Shown: positions 1 to 12,955 of the stretch, piece by piece
Layout of the letters: every line of letters begins with the position of its first letter
Position numbering within the stretch: the stretch's first letter is position 1
Source of the DNA: Bigelowiella natans CCMP2755
Lineage: Eukaryota; Protista; Cercozoa
Length of the DNA: 64,000 bases
Direction: 5' to 3'
Assembly (NCBI GenBank): GCA_000320545.1
Contig: ADNK01000283.1
Coordinates: 1 to 64,000, forward strand
Notes under the pieces: generated by a model
The model's input: the letters and a program-made list of their open reading frames with translations, nothing else
What the model was told of the DNA's origin: nothing
Databases searched by the model: none
Made by a program: the position numbers and the translations under genes

Positions 1-6
1 AGTAAG

Positions 7-48
<42 letters not shown>

Positions 49-177
49 TGGGGGGGGGGGGGGGAAGACAGCATCTCCTCGTTGTCGTACTAGTAACATT
101 ACTACCACAACAATATCTGATGAAGCCGATGATGGTGGTGGTGGTGGTACTTTGGGTTGTGGTGGCGGTCTTATTAG

Positions 178-228
178 GATATCGATCAAAGTATCTGATG
201 ATGCTAGAGGAACCCACGAGGTAGTACA

Positions 229-260
<32 letters not shown>

Positions 261-362
261 AGATCACTGCTTTCCATAACAACTTACCTCTCCGCCGATG
301 CTGTATTTTAATAACAAGTAAGTTCATCATGAATGTCAACATAAAGATAACAAACTACACGC

Positions 363-396
<34 letters not shown>

Positions 397-890
397 TTCG
401 CCATCATAATCCACCACTTTCCGCCACCGTCAAACAGCAGCAGCCGCAGCAGCACAAGAGATTCGTTGCTTTACATACAATCTCATCGATATATGAAGAT
501 AGTCATGATACTGCTAGAGAGGAGCGTGTAGATGGTGGAGAGGTCACTGTACGAGCACTTAGTCGCTCATCTAGTGCCTGTTTACCCAGCCCTGCCTCTG
601 TCTCTGCCTCCCTCTCCTTTGCCACCCACACACAGGTTGCGTTTGATGGCAAAAATCGGCAGAAGTTATATAAGGGCGACCAGGTATGCTTGTGCGAAGA
701 AGACTCACAAAAACAAGAAGAAGAAGAAGAAGAAGAAGAAGAAGAAGAAATACTTTGATGCTGCAGTATCGTTTCGATGAGCTGCCGTAGTGTAGCACGT
801 CTGCTGTGCGAAGAATATGGACTAATTTTTTATTTATTGCGTCCTTTGGAATCCGTATAATGCTTTGTACCATATCTAATCATCACCATT

Positions 891-921
<31 letters not shown>

Positions 922-1027
922 CCATCACCATCATCATCACCATCACCATCACCATCAGGTGCATATCTCAATGAGCAGCTGGCCGGTTCCTGCCGTGTGT
1001 CGTGTTAGCGAGACCGATGACTGGTAA

Positions 1028-1081
<54 letters not shown>

Positions 1082-1454
1082 TGGTGATGATGATGACGAT
1101 GATGATTATGGCGACTGATGTAAAGTAGTAGGTCTACTCAGCCGCTGAGCTCCTCGGCCTTTTCTCATCATCTATCATTATCATTTATATTGTTGTTCTT
1201 TTCCCTAAAAACTCACTCTTGGAGTGGTATCGCGTGTGCCTCTATTATCTCCACTTTCTAACTTACACAACTCAACAATTTGCCCTCTCTGCCCCTCCAT
1301 CTTCCCCCCCCTTCTCTCTATCTCTCACGATTATAATCATCATTGTTGCTTTCTCCTCCTCCTCCTCCTCCTCGTCCTCAGGTTTAATGGCGTTCGAAGC
1401 CTCCTCCACTGGAATCAAAGGCCATCACAGAAACGGTTGATTGTGAGACAATAG
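178..1454 (+). CDS. NADK: NAD(H) kinase, last four exons (5' part lies outside the window)
   Basis: Exons 178-220, 636-683, 959-1023 and 1382-1454 splice in frame at GT-AG sites to ISIKVSDDARGTHEVAFDGKNRQKLYKGDQVHISMSSWPVPAVCRVSETDDWFNGVRSLLHWNQRPSQKRLIVRQ*. This matches the NAD kinase C-terminus (FDG...L..GD, WF..L...LHWN.R). Confidence 0.9.
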
Positions 1455-1545
1455 ACAAGAAAAAGGGATTAGTCAGAGGGGCAATGCGTAGCCACCAAGA
1501 GCTACATTGAAAAGCAATCTGTTATTTTAGCGTTTTTTACTCTAC

Positions 1546-1584
<39 letters not shown>

Positions 1585-1663
1585 ATGTAATACAATTGTT
1601 GTTTGAACGCGTTTTCCTTCTTTTTGTTGTTTTCCTCCTCCTCCTCCTCCTCCTCCTCCTCCT

Positions 1664-1880
1664 CTAATCGCCCAGAATGAAGGAAAAGAACGATCCGAGG
1701 TCCTCCTTGTTAACTTCTTTATCGTCAATATCGTTCCTAGAAGAGGAAGAAGAAAAAGGAGGAGGGGATGGGGAGGGGAGAAAAGGGAGTGGCAAATAGC
1801 GTGTGCAGCTATCTCCATCCATTCAATCAATCATTTATGCATTACGTGCGACGATGTTACGAATACTACTGTTACTGTCT

Positions 1881-1914
<34 letters not shown>

Positions 1915-2724
1915 CACAACTGCATCATCATCATCATCAACAACAGCAACCAGAACAAAATCATCTACTGATTTATTATTATTTTTATTTTAAATATATT
2001 AATAGCGATTTACTTAGAATAGCATCGGTTGATGGTTGCTGGTCGAATCGCCCCTCTTCTCCTTATATCTTATGAACACTAAAGCGACACAACAATAACT
2101 ACTACTACTACTACTACTATATACTTCTCCACTGCTTTCGATCACGGTATCCTGCTCTTTCTTCCTACCTTCCTGGATTATCTATCTCATACTATCTTTG
2201 CTTTGACTTTCTTGGTTGGCTCTCATCATTACGATGACACAAACACACACAAACACACACACACACTTTGGGCTGCTTGCAAATTTGCTTTTGGGGATCC
2301 AACGACGCACCGTGGAAATACATTGATTCGTGCCTTATCTTCCTCCTCCCTAACACGGCGCGAACATGGACGATGCCTGTTTTGCCACACGCCATGTCTC
2401 CATGCCGTCGTCGTCTTCTCTTGGGATGCGTACGTGCAAACGTGCGTCTTTTCCTTCGGTACTCACCCTAATGATGCGACTATTTACTACTGCTACTACC
2501 GGGCATTGTGGGCTATTATTCGGATCGGAAATAAGAATCAAGATGATGAAAGAAAAGTACGAAAGCTCATATCCGAGGGTGAAACAAAAGAAATCGTCCA
2601 AGCAGCCACAGTATGTAAACAGGGACACTCATCAGAGGATGAGCCACGCGCTGAATGGAAGCAACGCAGAATGATAAAGAGGAAAGTAGTCAGTAGCCGT
2701 TATGTCGTTGGTGTCCTTGGTCAT
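1664..2724 (-). CDS. Short multi-exon hypothetical protein (model incomplete)
   Basis: Terminal exon 1736-1664 follows an AG and reads NDIDDKEVNKEDLGSFFSFILGD*. Further GT/AG-bounded segments lie at about 2010-2070, 2120-2190 and 2430-2465. Start and frames are not resolved. Confidence 0.3.
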
Positions 2725-3337
2725 TTGTGGCAATTAATTCGAACATGATCCTTTTTTATTTCGTTTGTGGAAGCGGAGATAGCACGATACTCCGGGGGGG
2801 ATTGCTGCGGGATGATGATGATGCATTTTTACTGCTCGATCGTTATGCATGGCAAACTAAAGTTTATTATTTCTAGTAAAGGTTAATCTTTTAATTATCA
2901 AAGCGTTGCGTTAAGGCATTCTGTTTACGTACACAGCGTAACATAATCATCTGTCTTCATGGTACTACTAGACGTGCATGTAATTAAGTAGCCATGCACA
3001 TACGCGCTAGGTTACACAATGCAAAGCCATCACGGCGAATGGAGTTCTTACTGTACATATTCAATCTTTACATGTCGGAAGGTAGCACGGGCTTATGGCG
3101 GTTATGTGTCGTAGCTGAATTGTATGTATAATACAACCCATTGATTGTGCAACGGGCTTGCAGAACGTGAGACCATGCATGCTTGCTTGTCGTGCATCTG
3201 GGGCATGGCATTATTGTAGCACACATCACAATCATTACCCTTGGTCTGGAACAGCCACTATAGCCAAATGGTAACATAGAAGTAATTACTTCTTATCACT
3301 AAGTATATTTTGTATTGCCTACTCGCCTGATGGGTCC

Positions 3338-3660
3338 TTATTTTCGTTTCGAATCGCCTCCGCCAGCATGGTTATTCCCATCATCATTATTGTCAGTCTC
3401 ACCTTCCTTTTCTTCCTTTGATGATCCGCTGGCGGCAGAGGATTTGCTGTCTTCTTTCTCCCAAGATTCAACGGTTGCGAGGTGGTTAAACTCCTTCTTC
3501 GTCCCGCAGATATCCTCTGGCAGCTTTCCCACGTCTAGATGTTGCGCTAGCCCCTGCTCTTTACTCGAAGGGTCCGGTAAAACCACGAGTCGTGAACGAA
3601 TTTTCTGCGACCTTGATTCATGTCAAAGCACGTGAAGTGTGTCGCACAAGTCAATATGGG

Positions 3661-3702
<42 letters not shown>

Positions 3703-4591
3703 GCGTTTGCATAGACGACCCTATTTGATCTTACACTTCAACTAATCCGCGCTGCTATCGTAGTAATTCATTTTCAGCTTCTCCATCATTGCATTCCATC
3801 AGAATCATCATAATCATCATCCTACACCCTTCTCCTCCTCCTCCTTCACCCGCCTCCTCTTCCTTTCGATCTCACATGAAAGGCTTGAAGATTGGTAGAA
3901 GGACGCGCAGGATCATGAACGGCCGTATTACGCAAATGCGGTGGACCCGAAGAGGTACATTCTTGGAAATGGCTCCTGAAGAAGAAGCATTCACAACTCA
4001 GCCATCAAATAGAGATTGTTGGAGAACATGCCGCGACGACTCCGTCCGTTGGGTGCTCTGTGGACTTAGGGAGCAAGAATATTCACGCACTTTGGTTGGT
4101 CGCACAACATGGCAAGTAGCTTTGCAACACCCGCAGATTTAAAGATCCTTCGTGGTTGGGCAATGCCAACTTGGTATTTTTGCTGTTGGTAGTAGTGCTG
4201 CTGCTGCTGCTGCTGCTTAACGTTGTAAGCAATAGCGGCATCTAGAAAGTAGTAGCAGTAGTCGTAGTAGTAGTACCTAGTATGGTTTTCGGAATTCTCA
4301 AATCAAGATTACTGAAACCTGCTCCTCCAAGATCTAAACGGAGAGTAAGCTGTTAGTCGTCACCTCAGGAGGAGGATGATGGGGAGGAGGAGGAGGAGGA
4401 GGAGGAGGAGGAATGAGGAGGAGGAGGAGAGTAAGTACCGCCCACCATCACGATGCCTGAGTGCTGAACTGACGCTTTCCGCAGAGCTCGCATCACGACG
4501 TAGTGCCACGTCCTCAGTACCTGCATAAATAGCAGCAGCAGCAGTAGCAGGCATCAGGCAATATCACATACACTCACACATACACACAAAC

Positions 4592-4638
<47 letters not shown>

Positions 4639-5724
4639 TTACAATTTAGCCAGTTTTCATGAGATGACCAACCGTCAACGCTGACGTCTTTGTCGGAGTA
4701 TGTCTTTTAAGCTGAACGATGAGCGCCGCTCGATTTTTCTCATCAACGACCGGGGCCAACCGGATTAGACCAGACTTTAGCACTGCGAGCACCTCCGGAT
4801 TCTCATTCAAATTCTGGTTAAGAGCGAGGGTATATAAGACTTAGAGTAGTGTGTATAACACTCGATGACGGGAGAATGCGTGTCGACGACAACGTTCTGC
4901 ATCTGCTCATTTTACATCTGTAGCTGTTTGTGATATTTGCTGCACTATACGTGAGTTGATAATTTACTATTGTAATCACAAGCAAGGTGATAATCCCCAA
5001 ATCTTGCGGACCTGAACTTCGTATCCTCCTAGATATTTTTCCCGCCACTCGAAGTAATTTTTAACTCTTTCCTTCGCTGAAAGAAAGTGCCCCTTTCGAA
5101 ATCTTGGCACGCAAAAGAGGGGGGGGGGTGAAATATCGTCAAGCAAGCAGCTCTTGGTCGAATTTTCTCGGATTTACAAGATTATGTGGATGTTCTTTGA
5201 GGAAAGCATGTGAGGTGTTACCTCAAAGTTGCCTCGCATATGAACTTAGCCAAGTCACGATTCGCAACATCTTCAGGTACCTACTCGACATCATACGATG
5301 ATGATGATGATGACGACGACGACGGAGATGCTTTGTTGTGAGTTGGAGGGAGGGGGAATTGTAATTCAGAATTTCGAGAGCTAATGATAACCGTTGCAAT
5401 TAGTTTTTTGAGTTTTTCCTTATTTTCTTCGGAGGAGAGGTCTGGGATCGGCTCATCTTCGTCATCGTCGTGCTCATCTTCTTGCGTTGGCGCGAACGAA
5501 TCCTTCTGATTCTTTACATGATTTTTTTTCTTCTGGTTCAACAATAAAGGAAAAATCCGATGTTGCCGATCAATATTCACATCACGTCATCATACGAACA
5601 CATGCACATGTATCTGCATCACGCATACCCCATCGTCTGAAAGCACTTTCCTCGCTTCAGAAAGGCCAGAGAGACCTTCCGAAGTGTTAGCCAGGTCCTC
5701 AGGGTTGGACTCTGCATTTCCCAT
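3338..5724 (-). CDS. CRAL-TRIO (Sec14-like) lipid-binding protein with an N-myristoylation-type start
   Basis: Spliced exons give MGNAESNPED...KERVKNYFEWREKY...VLRTWHYVVMRALRKASVQHSGIVMVGDLGGAGFSNLDLRIPKTILGAISKNVPLRVHRICVIRPFMILRVLLPIFKPFMSQKIRSRLVVL...HLDVGKLPEDICGT. These are typical CRAL-TRIO motifs. Confidence 0.88.
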
Positions 5725-6059
5725 GATTGATTTTGCGCTGTAGTGCGCGTAGAGGTCTTGTTCTCTCCTCCTCCTCCTTCCTCTGGGAATGCTGGTGTCG
5801 GTTCAGGAGGTAGTTGTTCGGAACTCAAAGAATGTACGACAATAATACCACAGGGTACTACCGGCCAATTACCGACAATCCCCGACCCTATTTCCCCTAA
5901 CTTTCTCCCATTCAAGCTTGTCGCATGGTAGGTATCCTCAGGATTCTTCTATTCGTTGAAATGAGTTCTCCTGGGAAGGAAAATGGACGAGGGTTTTGGA
6001 TGTACGACATGGAAGGGATCGATATTTCTTCACTAAAACGGAACTAACCTTCTCGATCC

Positions 6060-6668
6060 ATGGCTGCTCCCCCACCGCCTCCGCCATCCCTGGGGGGCGG
6101 CACGAATCTTTCAGTCCCCCCCCCACTCCCCAGGATCTTATCAGCGCCGCCTCCGCCATCCATGCGGGGCGGAATGGACTTCCCCCCCCTCCCCCAACTC
6201 GTCTTATCAGAGAGAAAATTGACCTGGCGGGAGAAAAGAACTCTTGTTACGTAAGAAGATTTAACTTATTCATCTTCATCCGATTATGGAGCGCCAGCAC
6301 CATCCTTTGATCAAATCTAGTTCTTAGATCTACAATGGCTCTGACTGCGCTTAACTAAATACTATGGAGTAGGCAGTTGATAGGTTCTAGTGGTCTGCAG
6401 CAAATACGAGAGGTAATAATCGAAATGGAGGTGCGATCAAAGTAGCAGCCTGAATCACCTCTATATCGTGGGACACGAACTGCAATTACGCAACGATTCC
6501 ATGCAAATATTTTCTTTCGTCTTTCTAGTATGCATTGATGCGGGATTGTTTTCAATACATGACAAATCATCAGGCGATTGATGTTGCTGCGGAAGTGACG
6601 CTAATATTCAGAGAGTTCCTCAACAAACGCCAATCCAACCGTAATAAATACCCAAACAACATCCAAGC

Positions 6669-6760
<92 letters not shown>

Positions 6761-7015
6761 GTCGGGACTGAATAACAATAAAACAAGTTGTTTGTCCGAC
6801 GACAACGACGACACGACGAGTTTGCGCCCGTGTTTAATTTCCCTCGATATCATGTGCTTCAGGGCAAAACTATGCGAGAATCCAGATGTTTATGTCGTCA
6901 CCACCGCCTCCCCTATCGTATTCTTCTGGATTGCGTGCTTTGAAATCTAAAAGGAAGGAGTTCGCCGAGAGGGCGACCCTAAGACAGGTTTCGAATAATA
7001 TGCGGCATAGATGTC

Positions 7016-7074
<59 letters not shown>

Positions 7075-7259
7075 GGAGAAATGAGCCTGAACAAACGATC
7101 TCATGTTCTGTCTGCAATGCCACACAAGACTACAGCTTTATGATATATATAACCTAATATGGCACTCTGCTGCGTATTTTGCTGGTTCGCTCTTCCCTTC
7201 AAAAGTGCCGTCCAGGAGATGTAGTAGCCATTTCTCGCACCTCCTACTCTAGGGCAGGG

Positions 7260-7300
<41 letters not shown>

Positions 7301-7824
7301 TATTATTAATTGTACTTCTGAGAAAGAAACGTAAACTTTATGGATAATTAGCGACGGTTTGCCATAGCGATATGGTTGGTGTGTGTGTGTATGTGTGCGC
7401 CCGGATATGACTTCTCTGCTGCTGCCTGTGCTGATGGTGATGCTGGTGAATGCCATGCATGCCTGTGTATGAAAATGGCTTATGGACTACTCATATTGTG
7501 TTATGGCGGTGCTGTTGTGAACTTTGCTGCTGCTGCTACAGAGATTCGTTGCTGTCTGAGAAACTTGATTCGAGCATGCTCAATCACCTCACTCTCAAGT
7601 AGTTTTTGAAGATTCAGATGTCTTTTGATGACTTTACCTAGAATATGAGTACAAAGTACCGTTTATAGTACGTTATGATGTACAACGACACACACACACA
7701 CACACACCTTTCGCCCTCACCACCTTCTTTTAACGTACATTCCCACTACGGCCTACCTGAGTCCTGCAATAATTCGTCGATGCGCCACCTTATTCTCCAT
7801 TGTCGTCATCATAGTCATTGTCAG

Positions 7825-7863
<39 letters not shown>

Positions 7864-8342
7864 ATTACAATCATCATCATCATCATCGTTATCGTCGTCG
7901 TCGTTGTTATTGCTGTTGTTGTTATCGTCGTCATCGTCAAATTGACATGCGTAGATATGGTGGGCAAATCGCCGAAGTACTCCCTCTGGATTCTCCCTTG
8001 GTTCCCCTCTCTCCTCTCGCTCCACGTTTCAACACAAAGAAGATCAGCAGGGCCAATCGGAGAAACAAGCGTGAAAACAAGAGCAGCACCAACAGCAGCA
8101 GCACATTGGCGCATAATAGGCAGAAGAAGCAGCTGCAGCATAGGAACGATGAAAGTGGGCATGGTTCTTGCCAACCTCCACGTAATTTTCAAAACCGTAT
8201 TGAGGAGGAGGACAAGAAGAATAAGGAGGAGGAGGAGGAGGAGGAGGGGGAGGAAGAGGAGGAGAGCAGCATGATGAGCGGGGAAAGTAGCAACAATGAT
8301 TGTGTTGATAGAAGCCATAGCGAGGGGGAAATAAACAAGCTT

Positions 8343-8373
<31 letters not shown>

Positions 8374-9461
8374 TCCCCTCTCCGAAGAACCAGCAGCATC
8401 ACCACCACCACCATCAGCAGCACAAACGTTATCCTTACCGTCAGTGTAGAAGGAGACGTTATTCTCTCCCTACAATCATCGGTTTGCCCTCTTCCTCCTC
8501 CTCCGCCTCCTCCGAGGCCAAACGACGACAACATAGTCCCCGTGGTTCATCGTTGGTGGTGGAGGAGGCATCATCGTCATCAGCATCGCAGACGGTAGTA
8601 GTAGTGGTAGTAGTAATAATAATAATGATAACAGGGACAACGACACCCACAACTAGCGGACGCATACTTGCAAGGGAAGGGCAGGAAGGAGGGAGGGTGG
8701 GGGAGAGGATAGAAGTGCGATGTTGTTTATACCTGATTTTTGGCTTTGCATGAGCGGTTTCGCAAGTGGCATTTACGGCGGGGAAGAAAGAACCACCCCA
8801 TGATGCATGATCGAAGTGGTGATATGTGTGTCCCACTCACTCACGGGTACTACCCACCTATGTAACATTCAGCAATTCTATTGTGTTTGTTGTGCCGTGT
8901 TTACAGAGGCGTCCTCGGCGCGTGTCTCTCTCAATCCTAGAACAACCAGCGATGATGCCCTCCTCCTCCTCCTCCTCCTCCTCCTCCTCCTCCTCCTCCT
9001 CGGATGATGCTGACCAGGGCGACAATGATGCTGCTGCTGCAATTCGTGTATACCAGCACCGTCATCGTCATCATCATCATCATCACAACCATGTAAAGAA
9101 TCAAGATGATGGGGGGGAAGGGAGCGAAGGGGCGAGCACGGCGAAACCTCCTTCTCCCACGCACCAGCATATTGCTGAACATAGTCGAGGCAAAAGGTTG
9201 CAGCAGCAGCTTATTCACGACCCATTCGTTATTTATAAACCGTTCCAGATATTCGCTGGCCTTACACTCCATCGCATCCCCTCCTTTGTTTTCGCCCCCC
9301 CCCCTCTCTCTCTCTGTCTCTCCAACTGATGATTCTGAAGGCTAACGACCAGGAGAAGAAGAAGCGGGTCCGTTATGGTTCTAAGAGAGCGATTTGAGGG
9401 TAGAAGATCGAAGAGAGACAACAAGCAGCAACAAACCGCTGCTGCCATGGTACTATTATGT

Positions 9462-9508
<47 letters not shown>

Positions 9509-9548
9509 TTCTCTCTATGATGATGGTGATGCTGCATACGCGCAAGCC

Positions 9549-9588
<40 letters not shown>

Positions 9589-10353
9589 GTAATTATGAGA
9601 ATCTTACGTCTGTGCTACATACCGTTCCTTTCGATTCACTTATGCTCTTGTGTAAACTGATCATGTGAGAAAAATGCCATATTCGGTTTGTTTGTTCCAG
9701 CAAGGGAAAATGAAGCATTGAGTTGAAGAGCTAACTTATCCCCCTCCCCCTCCCTCCTTACATAAAAGCGGCAGGTTGCTGCATCACACACTAGACGGAG
9801 AAGTTCTGTCACTAAGTTGCGTGCGCTCTATGAGCGGAGGCAGCAAAGAACATCGAAATCTTCTCCAGTTTCTTCATCAAACTCCTCTGTAGAAGAACAT
9901 GTGAGGAGGAGGAGGAGGAGAAGGAGGATTGCTCGAAAGGCAACAGGCGTAAAGCCTATTCCCAGAAAGAGCGCAGAAAAGGTATGATATCATCATCATC
10001 CTTTGCCCTCTAAGAATTTTCCCCCTCACTCTCAGGACTTTCTTCTTCTTCTTCTTCTTCTTCTTCTTCTTCTTTGGATAGAGAAAGCAACAGCAGTAGC
10101 ATATGAAATGGTTGTTTTGTTTCTTCTTAGATCTTTGGCGACGTCACATGGATCCCGATTCGCGTCATCGGTAGTGGCAGCAACAACAACAACAACAACA
10201 ACAACAACACCGTTCGCCAATGCTTTTGGATCCCGTTGAAACTTCTGCGGAAGAGCGAAGTCGAGGGGGCGGGGAAGAACAGTATTCAATCGCCGGTGAG
10301 TGAGGGAGGGGTTTTATACAGTGGGCCACAAGAAGAAGCAGCAAAAGAATGCG

Positions 10354-10397
<44 letters not shown>

Positions 10398-11286
10398 TGT
10401 CAATCTAGATGATGGTGTATGCTCGAGGGTTATGCATGTAGGTGTTCGCAAGCTATTCACTGATTGGACGATTCGTAATCATTACCATCACTATTTTGAT
10501 ATAATGTTCTCCTCCTCCGCTTGCTGCAGGCCAATATCCAAATCCCAATTGTGCGCCTAGTTGAGACGGTAACGCACAATGTGCAATGAAGCTCTCCCTT
10601 CGCCCTGTCCCACAGTCATCATTCGAATGATATAGTGGTTGCTGCTTTCTTGTTGCCGATGTAAGCATCTCCGTGTCGCGTCTGTAGTGTGAGGCTATGT
10701 AATGAATATTAATGGCTTGAGACTCGTCCCTTGGCTGCGAGAAAGGGCACAATGTCCACACTCCACTTTTATCTCTTTGTATTGCTTTTTGGATCCATTT
10801 TTTTTTTTAATTCTTTTGTCGCTATTTCATGGTAACACAGATTAGCTCGATTGGGAGGTCCCCCGAGCTGAAAGCAGTCGTTGAGGTAGTAGACCGAACA
10901 TCATTGTCCTCTCGTCGATTTGTGGATGAATGAACTCTAACAACATGATGGTTTTCTTCCTACTGCTCCCTGTAGGATTGTCGGTCTTGGGTACGCGACA
11001 AGTAAGCTCTGCGACAGCATGCCTCAATGATTCTCAATCTCGGAAGAAGAGAAATACATTAGATAATAGGATCGATATGCGAATGATGAGTGACAAATAA
11101 GTGGCCTCCTCCCCCTTCCTACAAATAATCTCCTCCTCCTTCTTCTCCTCCTCCTTCACACAGATTCTTCGACGCTGTGTTAGATCTATGCAACGGTCCA
11201 ACATTTAGTGGATTGCTCTCCAGCATCGAGGCAAGCATCCATCTCTTACGCTCAGATCTTAAGGTACTGTTGCTGCTGCTACCGTC

Positions 11287-11333
<47 letters not shown>

Positions 11334-11390
11334 GAGTCATAATACGGGTAGATAGATATTCTTTGGTCACATCATGGAACGATGCTTTTG
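6060..11390 (+). CDS. Large multi-exon hypothetical protein with a Pro-rich N-terminus and poly-E/Q/H/S tracts
   Basis: Starts MAAPPPPPPSLGGG. Spliceable exons include GLQQIRE / AIDVAAEVTLIFREFLNKRQSN / QNYARIQ..., a low-complexity exon at about 7975-8592, and 3' exons ISSIGRSPELKAVVE / DCRSWVRDK / FFDAVLDLCNGPTFSGLLSSIEASIHLLRSDLK / IFFGHIMERCF*. Internal structure is uncertain and it could be two genes. Confidence 0.45.
6671..6757. repeat. (AT)n microsatellite, representative of the very many intronic (AT), (AC), (AG), (CAT), (CCT), (GTA) tracts
   Basis: Directly visible. Confidence 0.98.
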
Positions 11391-11879
11391 ACGACGACGA
11401 CGACAGGGATGCGCAACCGAATTTGGAACCAAAGAAGCTAGCGCAATGCGAAAAGTAACAGCTGTGTTATGTGAAGAGAGGAAAAGAAGAAGAAGAAGAA
11501 GAAGAAGAAACGTGAATACTCGTATGCCATACAACGCACATGATGCGAAAGAGAGAAGAATTTCGTGTAAAAGGCTTCGATGTATAGTTTGAGGTTTGTT
11601 GAGATGACTTTCAATAATAACACGTCTAGGCGATCACCGGCGATCCAGCACGTGAAGTTATTCGGGGAGTCATTGCGGTACAATCACCGCGTTAGAGTGT
11701 ACAAACTGTGTAAGAATAATGCAAGAAAATGACTAAATCAGGCCTTGGAAGGAATATGCGACTTGTTGCGGGGTGGCCGGGATAAAATGCGAAGCTGGTG
11801 TTCAGGAAGCCGCAGGGCACCTCCGTACATTGATCTGCATAAATCGCGCGGGAAATTCTAACACACATCCATCAAGAAA

Positions 11880-12620
11880 GCTACCGCACAGGTTGTCATG
11901 ACTGTGCATCGTTCTGTTCAATGTGCCAGCTTAATATGCCTTTCACTGCGTTGCACGGCCATGCCATGCTAGCATGCGACTTGTTGCGTGTCGCATTTGT
12001 GCGTTTTGTTGTGTGTCTTTTTTTTTCTCAATCACATGGCAGTGGCACAGCTATAGCTTGTGCGCAAATCGATGCGCTGCAACATCTCTAGATGTAACAG
12101 ATCTCCTTGAAATCTTTCCGTTTATTCATGCTCTCATCTGCTGCTTTGTGCACATGCAAGCACACTTGCATGGAGAGCGAAATGCACAGATGTATGTGTA
12201 CCTGTTACGTTGAATGGGTATGTGCTTGCGAGTGCATTTGTGTGCATGGAATAATGAGAAACAAAGACATCCCATGACGTGCGCACATGTCTCTACTGTG
12301 CCACGCGCGCAGGCATGCAGATGAGCTAGACGGACACAATGAAGCAATTAAATGTTTTCAATGGCATGGTCATTCTGATGTAGCTGTGCAAAATGGAGGG
12401 CACAGGTGTCAATACAGCGCTGTTGTTTTGTCTAGTTGTGTCTGCTTGTCTCTGCCATTGTGGGCTTCATGCATTTGAATGCGTCATGCAACATCCTGTC
12501 GTCGACATCGCGCATTGCGCGCAGCCAGTGCAATACTACTTCGCATCTGCCCAAGCTCTATGTTTCATACATCGATCACCATCTTCGATACTCACATTTG
12601 CATGAAAATTCGAGTTTGAA
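11880..12620. repeat. CTAG/CATG/TGCA-rich degenerate intergenic block (repeat relic)
   Basis: Distinct composition. Shares the motif atggtca..ctgatgtagctgtgcaaa (12366) with 16422 and 16527. Confidence 0.7.
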
Positions 12621-12794
12621 TGCAACCCTGGTCTACTGGTGCATGGATGGCAACGGATCCATATTGTAAGCAATAAAAATGATTTACTTCGACCATCTTT
12701 TTGATGACAAATGGCAAAACGAGAAACCCGTTTGGGTGCATTCCACTGCTGCGAGAATAGCTCAAGTCACATTTAATACCCCAAGACCGCAAGC

Positions 12795-12916
12795 TCATTT
12801 CTTTTGTTTCTGCATCCATTCCGCAAATGAATCGATCAAAACTGGCCATGCACCTGGAGGTTTAGTAAAATGATGTTTTTGAGATGATAATGCACCGACA
12901 ATGTTCACCAAGCATC

Positions 12917-12955
<39 letters not shown>

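Noticed and set aside
2203-2748. 181-aa plus-strand ORF
   Set aside because: It has no ATG start or recognisable domain, and splice signals here favour the minus strand. It remains unresolved.
7675-8836. Several overlapping long ORFs on both strands
   Set aside because: They are produced by triplet microsatellites lacking stops. Only one plus-strand frame looks exon-like.
11757-11988. 15-bp direct repeat atgcgacttgttgcg
   Set aside because: It is short with no other element hallmarks, and cannot be distinguished from local duplication.
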